Below, in pieces: positions 19,549-30,052 of a stretch of DNA of 64,000 nucleotides; within the stretch, counting starts at the first letter, position 1, and each line of letters begins with the position of its first letter. Origin of the DNA: Alphaproteobacteria bacterium (GTDB taxonomy: Bacteria; Pseudomonadota; Alphaproteobacteria; SHVV01); NCBI GenBank assembly GCA_965261735.1, contig OZ253470.1, positions 96,001-160,000 of the forward strand, written 5' to 3'. The notes under the pieces are model-generated. The model ran no database searches and was not told the origin of the DNA. It saw only the letters and a list, made by a program, of their open reading frames with translations. The translations under genes were made by a program, and so were the position numbers.

Positions 19549-21453
19549 TCAACGATCTCCGCCGCCGAGGCGCCGCTCGAGCGTATCCACCGCGACGCCC
19601 TCGAGGGCTGCGCGCACACCGCTGTCCATGCGCCGCTCGGCGAAATCGCGCGTCGCTTCGTCGAGGCGCTCGGTGGCGGCGAGGACGGCATCCCGGTCCT
19701 CGCGCCCCATGGCCTCCTCCGCCGCCGCGACGGCCTCGTCGATGGGGCGGCGCTCGTCCGGCGTCAGCAATGCGCCGTCCGCGGCCAGCGCGGCCCGCAC
19801 TGCGAGCACCAGGCGTTCGGCTTCGACGCGCGCTTCCGCCAGCAGCCGCCGTGTCATGTCGTCGCGCGCGTGCACCATGCTCTCACGCAGCATGGCCGCC
19901 ATTTCCTCGGTCGAGAGCCCGTAGCTCGGCTTGACCTCGACGCGCTGCTCCACTCCACTGGTCTGCTCGCGCGCGCCGACCGTGAGCAGGCCGTCCGAAT
20001 CGACGGCGAAGGTGACCCGGATGCGCGCCGCGCCGGCCGTCAACGGCGGAATGCCATCGAGCTCGAAGCGCGCCAGCGAGCGGTTTTGATCGACCATCTC
20101 CCGTTCACCCTGCACGACGTGAATCATCATCGCCTGCTGGCCGTCCTCGTAGGTCGTGAACTCCTGGGCCCGAGACGTGGGGATGGGCGCGTTGCGCGGC
20201 ACCACCTTCTCGACGAGCCCGCCCACGGTCTCGATGCCGAGCGACAGCGGCGTCACGTCGAGCAGTAGCGCGTCCGAGCCCCGGGTCAGGGCCTCGGCCT
20301 GGAGGGCAGCGCCGAGGGCCACCACCTCGTCGGGATCGATCCCGGCGAGCGGCGGCTGCCCGAACAACTCGGCGACGCGCCGGCGCACCAGAGGCACGCG
20401 CGTCGAGCCACCGACCAACACCACGCCATCGATCGCACTCCTGTCGAGGCCAGCATCTTCGAGCACGCCAGAGCAAATATCGATGGAGCGGTCCACCAGC
20501 GGCGCAATCAGGGTCTCGAACGTCGCGGCATCGAGGGTATGCCCCGTCGCGCGGTCACCCTGGCCGAGTGCCCATTCGCCCGATTCGGCGTCGCTCAACG
20601 CCTCCTTGACCGCGCGCGCCTGGACCAGAGCCAATCGGGCATCGGCGGGCGCGATGTCCGGGTCGCCGAACTGCGCCGCGCGCTCGGCCAGGAACCGCTC
20701 GGCGATGGCGTGATCGAAATCATCGCCACCGAGCGCCGCATCGCCGCCGGTGGCGAGAACCTGGAAAACACCCATGCGCAGGCGCAGCAGCGAAATATCG
20801 AAGGTGCCGCCCCCGAGGTCATAGACCGCGAACACACCCTCCTCGCCCGTATCCAGACCGTAAGCGAGGGCCGCGGCCGTTGGCTCGTTCACGAGGCGCA
20901 GCACGTCGAGCCCGGCGAGCTTGGCCGCATCCTTGGTCGCCGCGCGCGCGGCATCGTCGAAATAGGCCGGCACGGTGATGACGGCGCGCTCGACGGAGTG
21001 CTCCAACGCGGCCTCGGCGCGCGCCTTGAGCTGGCGCAGAATGTCGGCCGAGATCTCGACCGGGGTCAGCGAGCGCCCGCCAACGACGAGCCGCACCATG
21101 CCTTCCGCGTCACCGCCAGCGGCATCGATCTGGTAGGGCAGCGTGCCGGCGAGCCTTTTCAGGTCCGCGGGCCCGCGTCCCATGAGCCGCTTGATCGAGG
21201 TGACCACACGATCCGGCGCATCGAGCAGCATCCGGCCCGCGGCCGCGCCCACGATCGCGGCGCCGCCCGCGTCATAGGCGACGATCGAGGCGACCAGGCC
21301 GCCGCCGTGGGCGTCCCGCAGGACCTCCGGTTTGCCCGCGACCGAGAGCGCGACCAGCGAATTGGTGGTGCCGAGGTCGATGCCGACCGCGGCCGCGTCG
21401 CCCTCATGGGGATGCGGCGTGCGGCCGGGCTCGTGGATGTCGAGCAGGGCCAT
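19549..21453 (-). CDS. hscA: Fe-S assembly Hsp70 chaperone HscA
   Basis: GIDLGTTNS, TVPAYF, NEPTAAA, DLGGGTFD, VKPSYGL; isc context. Confidence 0.96.
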   Translation of the reverse strand: MALLDIHEPGRTPHPHEGDAAAVGIDLGTTNSLVALSVAGKPEVLRDAHGGGLVASIVAYDAGGAAIVGAAAGRMLLDAPDRVVTSIKRLMGRGPADLKRLAGTLPYQIDAAGGDAEGMVRLVVGGRSLTPVEISADILRQLKARAEAALEHSVERAVITVPAYFDDAARAATKDAAKLAGLDVLRLVNEPTAAALAYGLDTGEEGVFAVYDLGGGTFDISLLRLRMGVFQVLATGGDAALGGDDFDHAIAERFLAERAAQFGDPDIAPADARLALVQARAVKEALSDAESGEWALGQGDRATGHTLDAATFETLIAPLVDRSIDICSGVLEDAGLDRSAIDGVVLVGGSTRVPLVRRRVAELFGQPPLAGIDPDEVVALGAALQAEALTRGSDALLLDVTPLSLGIETVGGLVEKVVPRNAPIPTSRAQEFTTYEDGQQAMMIHVVQGEREMVDQNRSLARFELDGIPPLTAGAARIRVTFAVDSDGLLTVGAREQTSGVEQRVEVKPSYGLSTEEMAAMLRESMVHARDDMTRRLLAEARVEAERLVLAVRAALAADGALLTPDERRPIDEAVAAAEEAMGREDRDAVLAATERLDEATRDFAERRMDSGVRAALEGVAVDTLERRLGGGDR

Positions 21454-21456
21454 CGC

Positions 21457-22110
21457 TCAAGACGCCGCGGCGGCGGCCAGGCGCGCACGCCGCGCCCGGG
21501 ACTCGGCGAGGAGCTTGTCGAGATACCTGAGCCGCATCGTCAGTTCCGACGCGAGGTCGAGGACATCCTCGGTGAACGCCTCGGCGAGGCGCGCCAGGCA
21601 GCGCGCGACTTCGTCTTCGGCGGCGCCGATGATGAGGTCTACCGCGGCCGGCGTGTCCGCGCGATCGAGCGCCTCGCGCGCCTCCAGCGCTTCGTGGAGT
21701 AGCTTGGGATCATCGATCGTGCTCGCCGGGTCGCGCACCGCGATACCCCTGTGCGCGAGCAGGTATTCAGCCCGGGCGAGCGGTGCTCTCAGCACCTCGT
21801 AGGCCCTGTTGAGGCTGGTCGCGTGCTGCGCCGAGTAGAGCTGCTCGGTCGCCGAGCGGTTCGCGAAACGGTCGGGGTGGAACTGGCGCTGAAGTCCGAA
21901 ATACACCCGGTCGAGCTCTCCGAGATCGATCTCGAACGCCGGCGCTATTTCGAGGCGCGCGAAGTGATCGGCCGCGGATGGTGGCTGCAGCGCATGGCAG
22001 GTGGCGCAGAAGGCTTGACCCTCGGCCACGGGCCCGCGGCAGGACCAGCACCGCCCCTGCTCCGGCGCCCGATCGGCGCGCTCCGCTCTCGCTGTCGTCC
22101 TGTCGTTCAC
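21457..22110 (-). CDS. hscB: Co-chaperone HscB with N-terminal tetracysteine motif
   Basis: CWSC...FCATC, J-domain QRQFHPDRF, RAEYLL; start uncertain (GTG 22110). Confidence 0.92.
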   Translation of the reverse strand: MNDRTTARAERADRAPEQGRCWSCRGPVAEGQAFCATCHALQPPSAADHFARLEIAPAFEIDLGELDRVYFGLQRQFHPDRFANRSATEQLYSAQHATSLNRAYEVLRAPLARAEYLLAHRGIAVRDPASTIDDPKLLHEALEAREALDRADTPAAVDLIIGAAEDEVARCLARLAEAFTEDVLDLASELTMRLRYLDKLLAESRARRARLAAAAAS

Positions 22111-22189
22111 GTTCTGGCGCAGGAATGATTGAGCCCATGCGGCGGACGGTGGCGCGATAGCGGCCGCCACATCTCGGCGAAGGCGGCGC

Positions 22190-22522
22190 TCAGACGTGGA
22201 AGGACTCGCCGCAGCCGCACTTGCCTTTTTCGTTGGGATTGATGAAGACGAAGCCCGACTTCAGTTTCTCTTCGACGAAATCCATTTCCGTACCGGCGAG
22301 GAACATGGCGGCCTTGGGGTCGATCAGAATCGTAACGCCCCTGTCCTCGACCAGCTCGTCGAACTCGCCTTTCTCGTCGGCGTACTCGAGCGTGTAAGAG
22401 AGCCCCGAGCAGCCTGCGGTGCGGACGCCGATGCGCACGCCCAGCGCCGGCGTGCCGCGCTCGGCCATCAGGTGTCTGACCCGCTCCGCCGCCGCTTCCG
22501 AGATACTGATCATCGGCCCCAT
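22190..22522 (-). CDS. iscA: A-type Fe-S carrier IscA
   Basis: GCSGLSY, NPNEKGKCGCGESF. Confidence 0.95.
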   Translation of the reverse strand: MGPMISISEAAAERVRHLMAERGTPALGVRIGVRTAGCSGLSYTLEYADEKGEFDELVEDRGVTILIDPKAAMFLAGTEMDFVEEKLKSGFVFINPNEKGKCGCGESFHV

Positions 22523-22556
22523 GCTGGTCTCACTTCTCCAACTCCGGCGGGCCCGC

Positions 22557-22943
22557 CTATTCCGAGCCGCTCTTGGTACGGTAGTCGGCGATCGCCGCCT
22601 TGATCGCGTCCTCGGCCAGTACCGAGCAGTGAATCTTCACGGGCGGCAGCGCCAGATGCTGGGCGATGTGGGTATTCTTGATCGTTGCCGCCTCGTCGAT
22701 CGTCTTGCCCTTGATCCATTCGGTGGCGAGGCTCGAGGAGGCAATCGCGGAACCGCAGCCGAAGGTCTTGAACTTGGCGTCCTCGATGATGCCGTTGGCG
22801 CCGACCTTGATCTGCATCTTCATGACGTCGCCACAGGCGGGCGCACCGACGAGACCGGTACCCACGTCGCCCGCGTCCTTGTCCATGGAGCCGACGTTGC
22901 GGGGGTTCTCGTAGTGGTCGATGACTTTTTCGTTGTAGGCCAT
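22557..22943 (-). CDS. iscU: Fe-S scaffold IscU
   Basis: GAPACGDVM, FGCGSAIASSS, LPPVKIHC. Confidence 0.98.
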   Translation of the reverse strand: MAYNEKVIDHYENPRNVGSMDKDAGDVGTGLVGAPACGDVMKMQIKVGANGIIEDAKFKTFGCGSAIASSSLATEWIKGKTIDEAATIKNTHIAQHLALPPVKIHCSVLAEDAIKAAIADYRTKSGSE

Positions 22944-22978
22944 GGGTGGTTATCCTTCGGGTGCCAATTGTTGCTCTG

Positions 22979-24235
22979 CTAATGATCGGACCATTCGATC
23001 GATTTGATGTCGATGCCTTCCTGAACCATCTCCCATAGCGGGCTCATCTCGCGCAAGCGGCCGACGTGTTCGCGCACGGACTGGATGGCGTAGTCGATCT
23101 CCGCCTCGGTGGTGAAGCGACCGATGCCGAAGCGGATGGAGGTATGCGCCAGCTCGACGTCGACGCCAAGCGCGCGCAGCACGTAGGAGGGCTCGAGCGA
23201 GGCCGAGGTGCAGGCCGAGCCCGACGACACGGCGAGGTCCTTGATCGCCATCAACAGCGATTCGCCCTCGACGTAGGCGAAGCTCAGATTGATGTTGCCC
23301 GGAATACGCTCTTCGGCGTCGCCGTTGAGGTAGACGTCGGGAATCTCCTTGCGAATGCCGTCCAACAGCCTGTCGCGCAGGCGCCGGATGTGTTCGTTGT
23401 CGCTGCCCATTTCCTGCTCGGCGATGGCGCACGCCTGGCCCAGCCCGGCGCAGAGCGGTGTCGGCAGTGTGCCCGAGCGCATGCCGCGCTCCTGGCCGCC
23501 GCCGTCGATCATCGCCTTGAGCCGCACGCGAGGCTTGCGACGGACGTACAGGGCGCCGATGCCCATGGGGCCGTAGATCTTGTGGCCCGAGATGCTCAAC
23601 AGGTCGATCTTCATCGCGTTGACGTCGATCGGCATCTTGCCCACGGCCTGCGCCGCGTCGCTATGGAAGAACACCCCGTTTTCGCGGCATAGGGCACCGA
23701 TTTCGGCGAGCGGCTGAATAACGCCGATTTCGTTATTCACGCCCATCACCGAGACCAGAACCGTCCTCTCGGTCAGCGCGTCGCGCAACACGTCGAGGTC
23801 GACGAGACCGTTGTCGCCGACCGGCACATACGTGACCGCAAACCCCTCCTCCTCGAGATGGCGGCAGGTGTCGAGGACGCACTTGTGCTCGGTCACGACG
23901 GTCACGATGTGGTCCTTGCGCTCCTTGTAAAAGCGCGCAACGCCCTTCAGCGCGAGGTTGTTCGACTCGGTGGCGCCCGAGGTGAAGATGATCTCCCGCG
24001 GGTCCGCGCCGATGATGCTGGCGACCTGGGCGCGCGCCGTCTCGACGCCCTCCTCCGCCTCCCAGCCGAAGGCATGGCTGCGCGAGTGGGCGTTGCCGAA
24101 CTTGTCGGTATAGTACGGCATCATGGCCTCGAGCACGCGCGGGTCGAGCGGCGTCGTCGCCTGGTAGTCGAGGTAGATCGGCAAACGGATGTTGGCGTTC
24201 ATCGTTGTCTCGACCATGTCCTTGGCCCCCGTCAT
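22979..24235 (-). CDS. iscS: Cysteine desulfurase IscS
   Basis: [35 protein letters not shown]-terminal SPLWEM...IEW; ATGA overlap with the upstream gene. Confidence 0.96.
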   Translation of the reverse strand: MTGAKDMVETTMNANIRLPIYLDYQATTPLDPRVLEAMMPYYTDKFGNAHSRSHAFGWEAEEGVETARAQVASIIGADPREIIFTSGATESNNLALKGVARFYKERKDHIVTVVTEHKCVLDTCRHLEEEGFAVTYVPVGDNGLVDLDVLRDALTERTVLVSVMGVNNEIGVIQPLAEIGALCRENGVFFHSDAAQAVGKMPIDVNAMKIDLLSISGHKIYGPMGIGALYVRRKPRVRLKAMIDGGGQERGMRSGTLPTPLCAGLGQACAIAEQEMGSDNEHIRRLRDRLLDGIRKEIPDVYLNGDAEERIPGNINLSFAYVEGESLLMAIKDLAVSSGSACTSASLEPSYVLRALGVDVELAHTSIRFGIGRFTTEAEIDYAIQSVREHVGRLREMSPLWEMVQEGIDIKSIEWSDH

Positions 24236-25383
24236 GCGGCCGGCTCCACCACCATGGCTCGCGCCTCCTGGTGTACACGGCGATACAATCTGCTCCAGCC
24301 ATCGACGAGCCGGTCGATGTCGCCGGACTCGGTGCGCCAGCCCAGGCTCACCCGGATGGCGCACTCAGCCTCCTCATCGGCAACGCCCATCGCCTCGAGG
24401 ACGTGCGAGCGCGCGACCTTGCCCGACGAGCACGCGGCACCGGCGCTGACGGCGATCCCGTCGAGATCGAGCGCCATGACCTGGGTTTCGCTGCTCACGC
24501 CTGGCATCGTGCAACAGGTGGTGTTGGGGAGGCGGGCAACGCCGCCTCCGAAACAGGTCATCGCGGGGGCGATATCGCGCAAGCGCCGCTCCAGCGAATC
24601 GCGCATCGCGGCGAACGGCCGACCATCGCTCAGCTCGCGCAGCGCCAACTCGGCGGCCACGCCGAAGCCCACGATCCCGGCCACGTTTTCGGTGCCTGCG
24701 CGGCGCCCGCGCTCCTGCCCGCCACCAACGAGCTGCGCCGCCAGCGGCACGCCCTCGGCCACCACCAGTGCGCCAACCCCCTGCGGCCCGCCGAGCTTGT
24801 GTGCCGACAGGCTCATGAGATCGACCCCGAGCTCGGCCATGTCGACGGGGATCTTGCCTGCGGCCTGCACCGCGTCGGTGTGAACGAGCGCGCCGTGGGC
24901 GTGCGCCATCTCGGCGATGCGCGCCACCGGTTGAACAACGCCGGTTTCGTTGTTGGCCAGCATGACCGAAACGAGTTTGGGGCCGGGATCGGCCGCTAGG
25001 GCCTCCTCGAGGCGCCCCAGAACGACCGCGCCGTCGCCGTCCACCGGGAGCACGACGGCATCGCCATCGGTGACCAATGCGGTAGCTAGGACCGAACCGT
25101 GTTCGACGGCCGAGACGAACAGGCGGCGCCGGCCCACGCCCTTGAGCGCTAGATTGTTGGCCTCGGTGCCACCGCTGGTGAATACCATGTCTTCGGAGCG
25201 GGCGCCCACGAGCGCCGCGACTAAGCCACGCGCCCGCTCGACCTCGCGCCTCGCGGCGCGCCCGAGCTGGTGCACCGAGGACGCGTTGCCGCCCAGGGCA
25301 AGTAGCGATCCCATCGCGGCGATCACCTCGGGCCGCGCGGGCGCCGTCGCGTTGTAGTCGAGATATGCCACCGTCTCAGCCAA
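24232..25383 (-). CDS. Second NifS-like cysteine desulfurase
   Basis: [34 protein letters not shown]; lacks the IscS C-terminal extension. Confidence 0.93.
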   Translation of the reverse strand: MAETVAYLDYNATAPARPEVIAAMGSLLALGGNASSVHQLGRAARREVERARGLVAALVGARSEDMVFTSGGTEANNLALKGVGRRRLFVSAVEHGSVLATALVTDGDAVVLPVDGDGAVVLGRLEEALAADPGPKLVSVMLANNETGVVQPVARIAEMAHAHGALVHTDAVQAAGKIPVDMAELGVDLMSLSAHKLGGPQGVGALVVAEGVPLAAQLVGGGQERGRRAGTENVAGIVGFGVAAELALRELSDGRPFAAMRDSLERRLRDIAPAMTCFGGGVARLPNTTCCTMPGVSSETQVMALDLDGIAVSAGAACSSGKVARSHVLEAMGVADEEAECAIRVSLGWRTESGDIDRLVDGWSRLYRRVHQEARAMVVEPAA

Positions 25384-25885
25384 CGCTCGCTCCGCTCGCG
25401 AGGGGTTGCGCGCTCGTCGAGGCGATGGGGCCCAAGCCCAGGCGCTCTTGATGAAGAGCGCCGCTCGCCCCGAGGACGCGCCCGCGAACGACGTCGTCGA
25501 GCGACACGGAGCTCAGGAACAGGTAGATCTGGTTGCCGAGCTCGGCCCATAGGTCGTGGGTCAGGCAGCGTCCCGAAGCGCCGGCGCAACCGAGCGGCGA
25601 ATCGAGCTCACAGCGCGTCTGTTTCAGGGATTCGTCGACCGCCACGACGATGTCGGACACGCGCATTTCCTGGGGTGGGCGACTCAGGACGTAGCCACCG
25701 CCGGGTCCGCGCACGCTCTTGACCATGCCGCGCCGGCGCAGTTTGGCGAAAAGCTGCTCGAGGTAGGAGACCGAAATATCCTGTCGATCCGCGATATCAG
25801 CCAACGCAACCGGCTTTCCGGCGCTGTTCAGGACCAGATCGGTCATGGCCATGACCGCATACCGCCCTTTCGTGCCGAGTTTCAC
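25376..25885 (-). CDS. iscR: Rrf2-family Fe-S regulator IscR
   Basis: KLGTKGRYAV, SYLEQLF, SVRGPGGGY, three Cys plus His (C..C..CLTHDLW). Confidence 0.92.
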   Translation of the reverse strand: MKLGTKGRYAVMAMTDLVLNSAGKPVALADIADRQDISVSYLEQLFAKLRRRGMVKSVRGPGGGYVLSRPPQEMRVSDIVVAVDESLKQTRCELDSPLGCAGASGRCLTHDLWAELGNQIYLFLSSVSLDDVVRGRVLGASGALHQERLGLGPIASTSAQPLASGASVG

Positions 25886-25946
25886 GCCACATCTCCTTCA
25901 TGCACCGCGCTAGGTGTCGAAGCCGCGAGCTCTTGCGACCGCACGC

Positions 25947-26690
25947 TCACGTCTCGCCCTCCACGGCCTTGTCTTTTGCCGCCGATTCGTCCGCTTCGGG
26001 CGGCGAGCCGGGCCATTCGCTGTTCGCCAATTGGCCTTCCAATTCGCTGACCCGTGCCGACAGCGTCTGGACGTGGTCGAGCAGGCCATCGACCACCCGC
26101 GCCACCGGATCGGGGATGCCTTCGCTCGACAATCCGTAGGCGGCAAAAGCGAGGCGTTCCTCGGCATCGTCCGGGCGCCTCGGCGCCACCACCTTGGCGG
26201 GGATGCCGACGACGGACGCGCAGGCCGCGACATCCTTGAGGACCACGGCGTTCGATCCGACCCGGGCCCCCCTTCCGATGGTGACCGGTCCCAGCACCTT
26301 CGCGCCAGCACCGACAATCACGTCGTCCCCGAGGGTGGGATGGCGCTTGCCCGGCTCGAGCGAGGTTCCGCCCAGGGTTACGCCCTGATAGAGCGTGACG
26401 TTGTCGCCGATTTCCGAAGTTTCGCCTATGACAACACCCATCCCGTGATCGATGAACAATTTGCGGCCAATCCTCGCTCCGGGATGAATTTCGATTCCGG
26501 TAAGAAACCGCCCCAGATGCGAAAGGAAGCGACCGAGAAAGAATAACCGGCTCTCCCATGCGCTGTGCGCGAGGCTGTAGAGGGCGAGGGCATGAAAGCC
26601 GGGGTAGCTGAACACCACCTCGGCCCGCGACCGCGCCGCCGGATCGCGCTCCATCACCGCGTCGATGTTCTCGCCAAGCTCCTTGAACAT
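25947..26690 (-). CDS. cysE: Serine O-acetyltransferase
   Basis: [33 protein letters not shown]. Confidence 0.96.
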   Translation of the reverse strand: MFKELGENIDAVMERDPAARSRAEVVFSYPGFHALALYSLAHSAWESRLFFLGRFLSHLGRFLTGIEIHPGARIGRKLFIDHGMGVVIGETSEIGDNVTLYQGVTLGGTSLEPGKRHPTLGDDVIVGAGAKVLGPVTIGRGARVGSNAVVLKDVAACASVVGIPAKVVAPRRPDDAEERLAFAAYGLSSEGIPDPVARVVDGLLDHVQTLSARVSELEGQLANSEWPGSPPEADESAAKDKAVEGET

Positions 26691-26762
26691 GCTACCCTAC
26701 GTGTCATATGACTCGTGGCGCCCCCTCGCGCGACGGGGCAAACTAACACTCGAACACATATG

Positions 26763-26787
26763 GTATCCGACCTGATCAGTCAAGTAT
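26763..26787. promoter_or_regulatory. IscR type-1 binding site upstream of the cysE-isc operon
   Basis: GTATCCGACCTGATCAGTCAAGTAT closely fits the type-1 consensus ATASYYGACTRWWWYAGTCRRSTAT. Confidence 0.75.
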
Positions 26788-26890
26788 TGACCGGAAATCA
26801 AGGTCTGCTTGGCCTTTATCTTCCGACAGAACTGATTGGTTATTGAGGCCCCGAGCCGGCGCACCGGGCGCCGGACAACAATGAGTCGCC

Positions 26891-27556
26891 ATGCCTGAAG
26901 TCATCATCAACGGTCCCGAGGGCCGCCTGGAAGGCCGATATCAGGCGGGGCCGGCCCCGCAAAGCCCGATCGCCGTCGTTCTCCACCCGCATCCTCAGCA
27001 CGGCGGAACGATGAACAACAAGGTCGTTTACAACGTCTTCCAAGTCTTTGCGCGGCGCGGCTTTTCGGTGTTGCGGTTCAACTTTCGCGGCGTCGGCCGC
27101 AGTGAAGGAGCCTATGACAGCGGCCACGGGGAGCTGTCCGACGCCGCCTCGGCCCTCGATTGGCTACAGACCTGCAACCCCGATTCATCGGTATGCTGGG
27201 TTGGCGGCTTCTCCTTCGGCGCCTGGATCTGCATGCAGCTCCTCATGCGCCGGCCCGAGATCGATGGTTTCGTGTCGATATCGCCGCCGGCGAACCGGTT
27301 CGACTTCGCGTTCCTTTCGCCCTGTCCGTCGTCGGGGTTGGTCCTCCAGGGTACCGTCGACGAGATCGTCCCTGAGCCAGAGGTAGCGAAGTTTGCCGCC
27401 AAGCTCGCGAGCCAGCGCGGCATCGATGTCGAGTATCGCCACGTTGTCGGAGCCAATCACCTCTACGACAACAAGCTCGATGAGATGATCCTAACCGTCG
27501 AAGACTACCTCGACCGCTCGCTCGCCCTGCCCACCGCCAAGCGGGCGAGCCGCTAG
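26891..27556 (+). CDS. Alpha/beta hydrolase conserved beside alphaproteobacterial Fe-S operons
   Basis: MPEVIINGPEGRLEGRY, HPHPQHGGTM, GFSFG nucleophile elbow. Confidence 0.9.
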   Translation: MPEVIINGPEGRLEGRYQAGPAPQSPIAVVLHPHPQHGGTMNNKVVYNVFQVFARRGFSVLRFNFRGVGRSEGAYDSGHGELSDAASALDWLQTCNPDSSVCWVGGFSFGAWICMQLLMRRPEIDGFVSISPPANRFDFAFLSPCPSSGLVLQGTVDEIVPEPEVAKFAAKLASQRGIDVEYRHVVGANHLYDNKLDEMILTVEDYLDRSLALPTAKRASR

Positions 27557-28653
27557 CGCCGCCCAATCGCCCGATGGAGCACGCCGCCGCGATGCGGCCG
27601 CGGTACGCCGGTGGTCGAGGGCAGGCTAATCGGCAGGCCGCGAACGGATCGCACGGCTAGGAAGGCGAACGCCTCCGCCTCGAGCGCATCGCCGCGCCAC
27701 GCGACCGTCTCGACCGGCTCCACCGCCGCGTTCAGGCGCTCCGCGAGCGCCGCCATGAGCGCCGGATTGTGGCGCCCACCGCCGGCCACCAGCCAGCGTC
27801 CAACGGGCGCCGGGAAATGGCGTTGCGCGGCGGCTACCGCCGCGGCGGTGAAGGTTGTGAGCGTCGCGGCGCCGTCAGCCGCGCTGAGGCCCTCGACCGC
27901 GGCTGCCGCAAAACTGCCGCGGTCGAGCGATTTTGGCGGAAGCAGCGCGAAATAGGGGTGGTCGAGCAGCGCTCCCAGGCGCTCGAGGTTCGCCCGCCCG
28001 CTCAACGCGAGGGCGCCCCCGCGGTCAAGTGGCTCACCGCCGTGGCGTGTGCACCAATCGTCGATGAGGGCGTTGCCGGGGCCCGTGTCGAAGGCGATAG
28101 GCGGGCCTTCCGCCCCGATCCAGGTGACGTTCGCCACCCCACCTACGTTGAGTACCGCGACGGGTCGCTCGAGCCCGGCGGTCAGGCATTGGTGGTAGAG
28201 CGGCGCCAGCGGCGCGCCCTGCCCGCCCGCGGTTACGTCGGCGGAGCGAAAATCGCAGACTACATCGGTGCTCGTCAGTTCGGCGAGGAGCGCGCCGTCG
28301 CCAATCTGGCAGGTCGCGCGCGCGGCTGGGTCATGAAACATTGTGTGCCCGTGAAATCCGATAACGTCTATTTCATCGATAGTTGCACTGTTCTCCGAAC
28401 AGATCTGTTCAACTATATCGACGTGGGCGAGCGTCAAGTCGCGCACCAACTCAGCCGAAGCCTCCGCATGGCCGAGTGCGGCTCTCAGGCGTTCGCGCAG
28501 GGGGCCAGCGTATGGCACGGTGAGCCACGGGCCGGGCTCGGCCACCGCCACCCCATCGGTGCGAAGAAGGGCGGCATCGATACCGTCCAGCGAGGTCCCG
28601 CTCATGAGGCCGAGAGCGGTGGCCGGCTCAGCCATCGAAAGATCCGTTGTCAT
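27553..28653 (-). CDS. anmK: Anhydro-N-acetylmuramic acid kinase
   Basis: [37 protein letters not shown]. Confidence 0.96.
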   Translation of the reverse strand: MTTDLSMAEPATALGLMSGTSLDGIDAALLRTDGVAVAEPGPWLTVPYAGPLRERLRAALGHAEASAELVRDLTLAHVDIVEQICSENSATIDEIDVIGFHGHTMFHDPAARATCQIGDGALLAELTSTDVVCDFRSADVTAGGQGAPLAPLYHQCLTAGLERPVAVLNVGGVANVTWIGAEGPPIAFDTGPGNALIDDWCTRHGGEPLDRGGALALSGRANLERLGALLDHPYFALLPPKSLDRGSFAAAAVEGLSAADGAATLTTFTAAAVAAAQRHFPAPVGRWLVAGGGRHNPALMAALAERLNAAVEPVETVAWRGDALEAEAFAFLAVRSVRGLPISLPSTTGVPRPHRGGVLHRAIGRR

Positions 28654-28765
28654 CGCCGGTGGAAGAGTTCGGCGCCGGCGCGGCTACGTTGTCGCGACTC
28701 CGCAAATGTGCTACAGCACCGCACCGCGCGCCGCCCCAGCGGGGCCGCCCCGTATCAGACCGACC

Positions 28766-30019
28766 ATGACACGCTACACGTCCGAGTTTTTGCGCGTGCT
28801 CGACGAGCGCGGCTTCGTGCATCAGGTCACGGATGCCGGTGAACTCGATGCGCGCGCGGCGACGGGGCCGATTGCGGCCTATATCGGATTCGACTGCACC
28901 GCGCCCAGCCTGCACGTCGGCAGCTTGGTCTCGATCATGCTCCTGCGTCATTTGCAGCAGGCGGGCCATCGGCCGATCGTGCTGATGGGCGGTGGTACCA
29001 CCAAGGTCGGCGACCCCTCGGGCCGGGACGATTCGCGCCAATTGCTGAGCGATGCCGACATCGCCCACAACATGAGCCGGATCCGCCACGTGTTCGCCAA
29101 GTTCCTGGCTTTCGGCGAGGGCGAGAGCGATGCCCTCATGGTCGACAACGCCGATTGGCTGGATCATCTCGAATACATCCGCTTCCTGCGGGAATACGGG
29201 CGCCACTTTTCGGTCAACCGCATGCTCGGCTTCGACAGCGTTAAGCTCCGGCTCGACCGCCAGCAGCCGCTTAGCTTCCTCGAGTTCAACTACATGATCC
29301 TGCAAGCTTACGACTTTGTCGAACTCGGGCGGCGCTACGGCTGCGTCCTGCAGATGGGCGGCTCGGATCAGTGGGGAAACATCGTCAACGGCGTCGAGCT
29401 CGGCCGTCGGGTCGACGACGCGACGCTGTACGGCCTGACGACGCCCCTGATCACGACGGCGAGTGGCGCCAAGATGGGAAAAACGGCGGCCGGCGCGGTG
29501 TGGCTCGATGCGGACCAGGTATCGCCCTACGACTACTGGCAGTACTGGCGCAACACCGACGACGCGGACGTGGGGCGCTTCCTGCGACTGTTTACCGAGC
29601 TCCCCATAGCCGAGATCGAGCCCTTGGAGAGGCTCCGTGGCGAAGAGGTGAACGAGGCCAAGAAAATCCTAGCCAACGAGGCGACGCGCCTATGCCACGG
29701 TGCCGACGCCGCCGATCAGGCGGCGGAGGCGGCGCGGGGCGCCTTCGAGGAAGGCCTTATCTCAGCCCACCTGCCGACTTTCGAAATCCCGGGCAGCGAC
29801 CTCGAGAGCGGAGTCGCCGCCTTCGACCTACTGCACCGCACTGGACTGTGCGCCTCGGCGAGCGCTGCCCGCAAGCTGATCCGCGGCGGCGGCGCACGCA
29901 TCAACGATCAGGTGATCGCCGACGAGAAGACGATGGTTACGCGCGACCACGTCACCGCGCAAGGTGTGGCGAAGGTCTCGGCCGGAAGGAAGAGGCACGT
30001 CCTCGTGCGCCCGATCTAA
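28766..30019 (+). CDS. tyrS: Tyrosine--tRNA ligase
   Basis: [15 protein letters not shown] (HIGH), [14 protein letters not shown]-terminal S4-like domain. Confidence 0.98.
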   Translation: MTRYTSEFLRVLDERGFVHQVTDAGELDARAATGPIAAYIGFDCTAPSLHVGSLVSIMLLRHLQQAGHRPIVLMGGGTTKVGDPSGRDDSRQLLSDADIAHNMSRIRHVFAKFLAFGEGESDALMVDNADWLDHLEYIRFLREYGRHFSVNRMLGFDSVKLRLDRQQPLSFLEFNYMILQAYDFVELGRRYGCVLQMGGSDQWGNIVNGVELGRRVDDATLYGLTTPLITTASGAKMGKTAAGAVWLDADQVSPYDYWQYWRNTDDADVGRFLRLFTELPIAEIEPLERLRGEEVNEAKKILANEATRLCHGADAADQAAEAARGAFEEGLISAHLPTFEIPGSDLESGVAAFDLLHRTGLCASASAARKLIRGGGARINDQVIADEKTMVTRDHVTAQGVAKVSAGRKRHVLVRPI

Positions 30020-30052
30020 ACTCGGCCCGCACCACCGGCACGGGGCCTGCCC

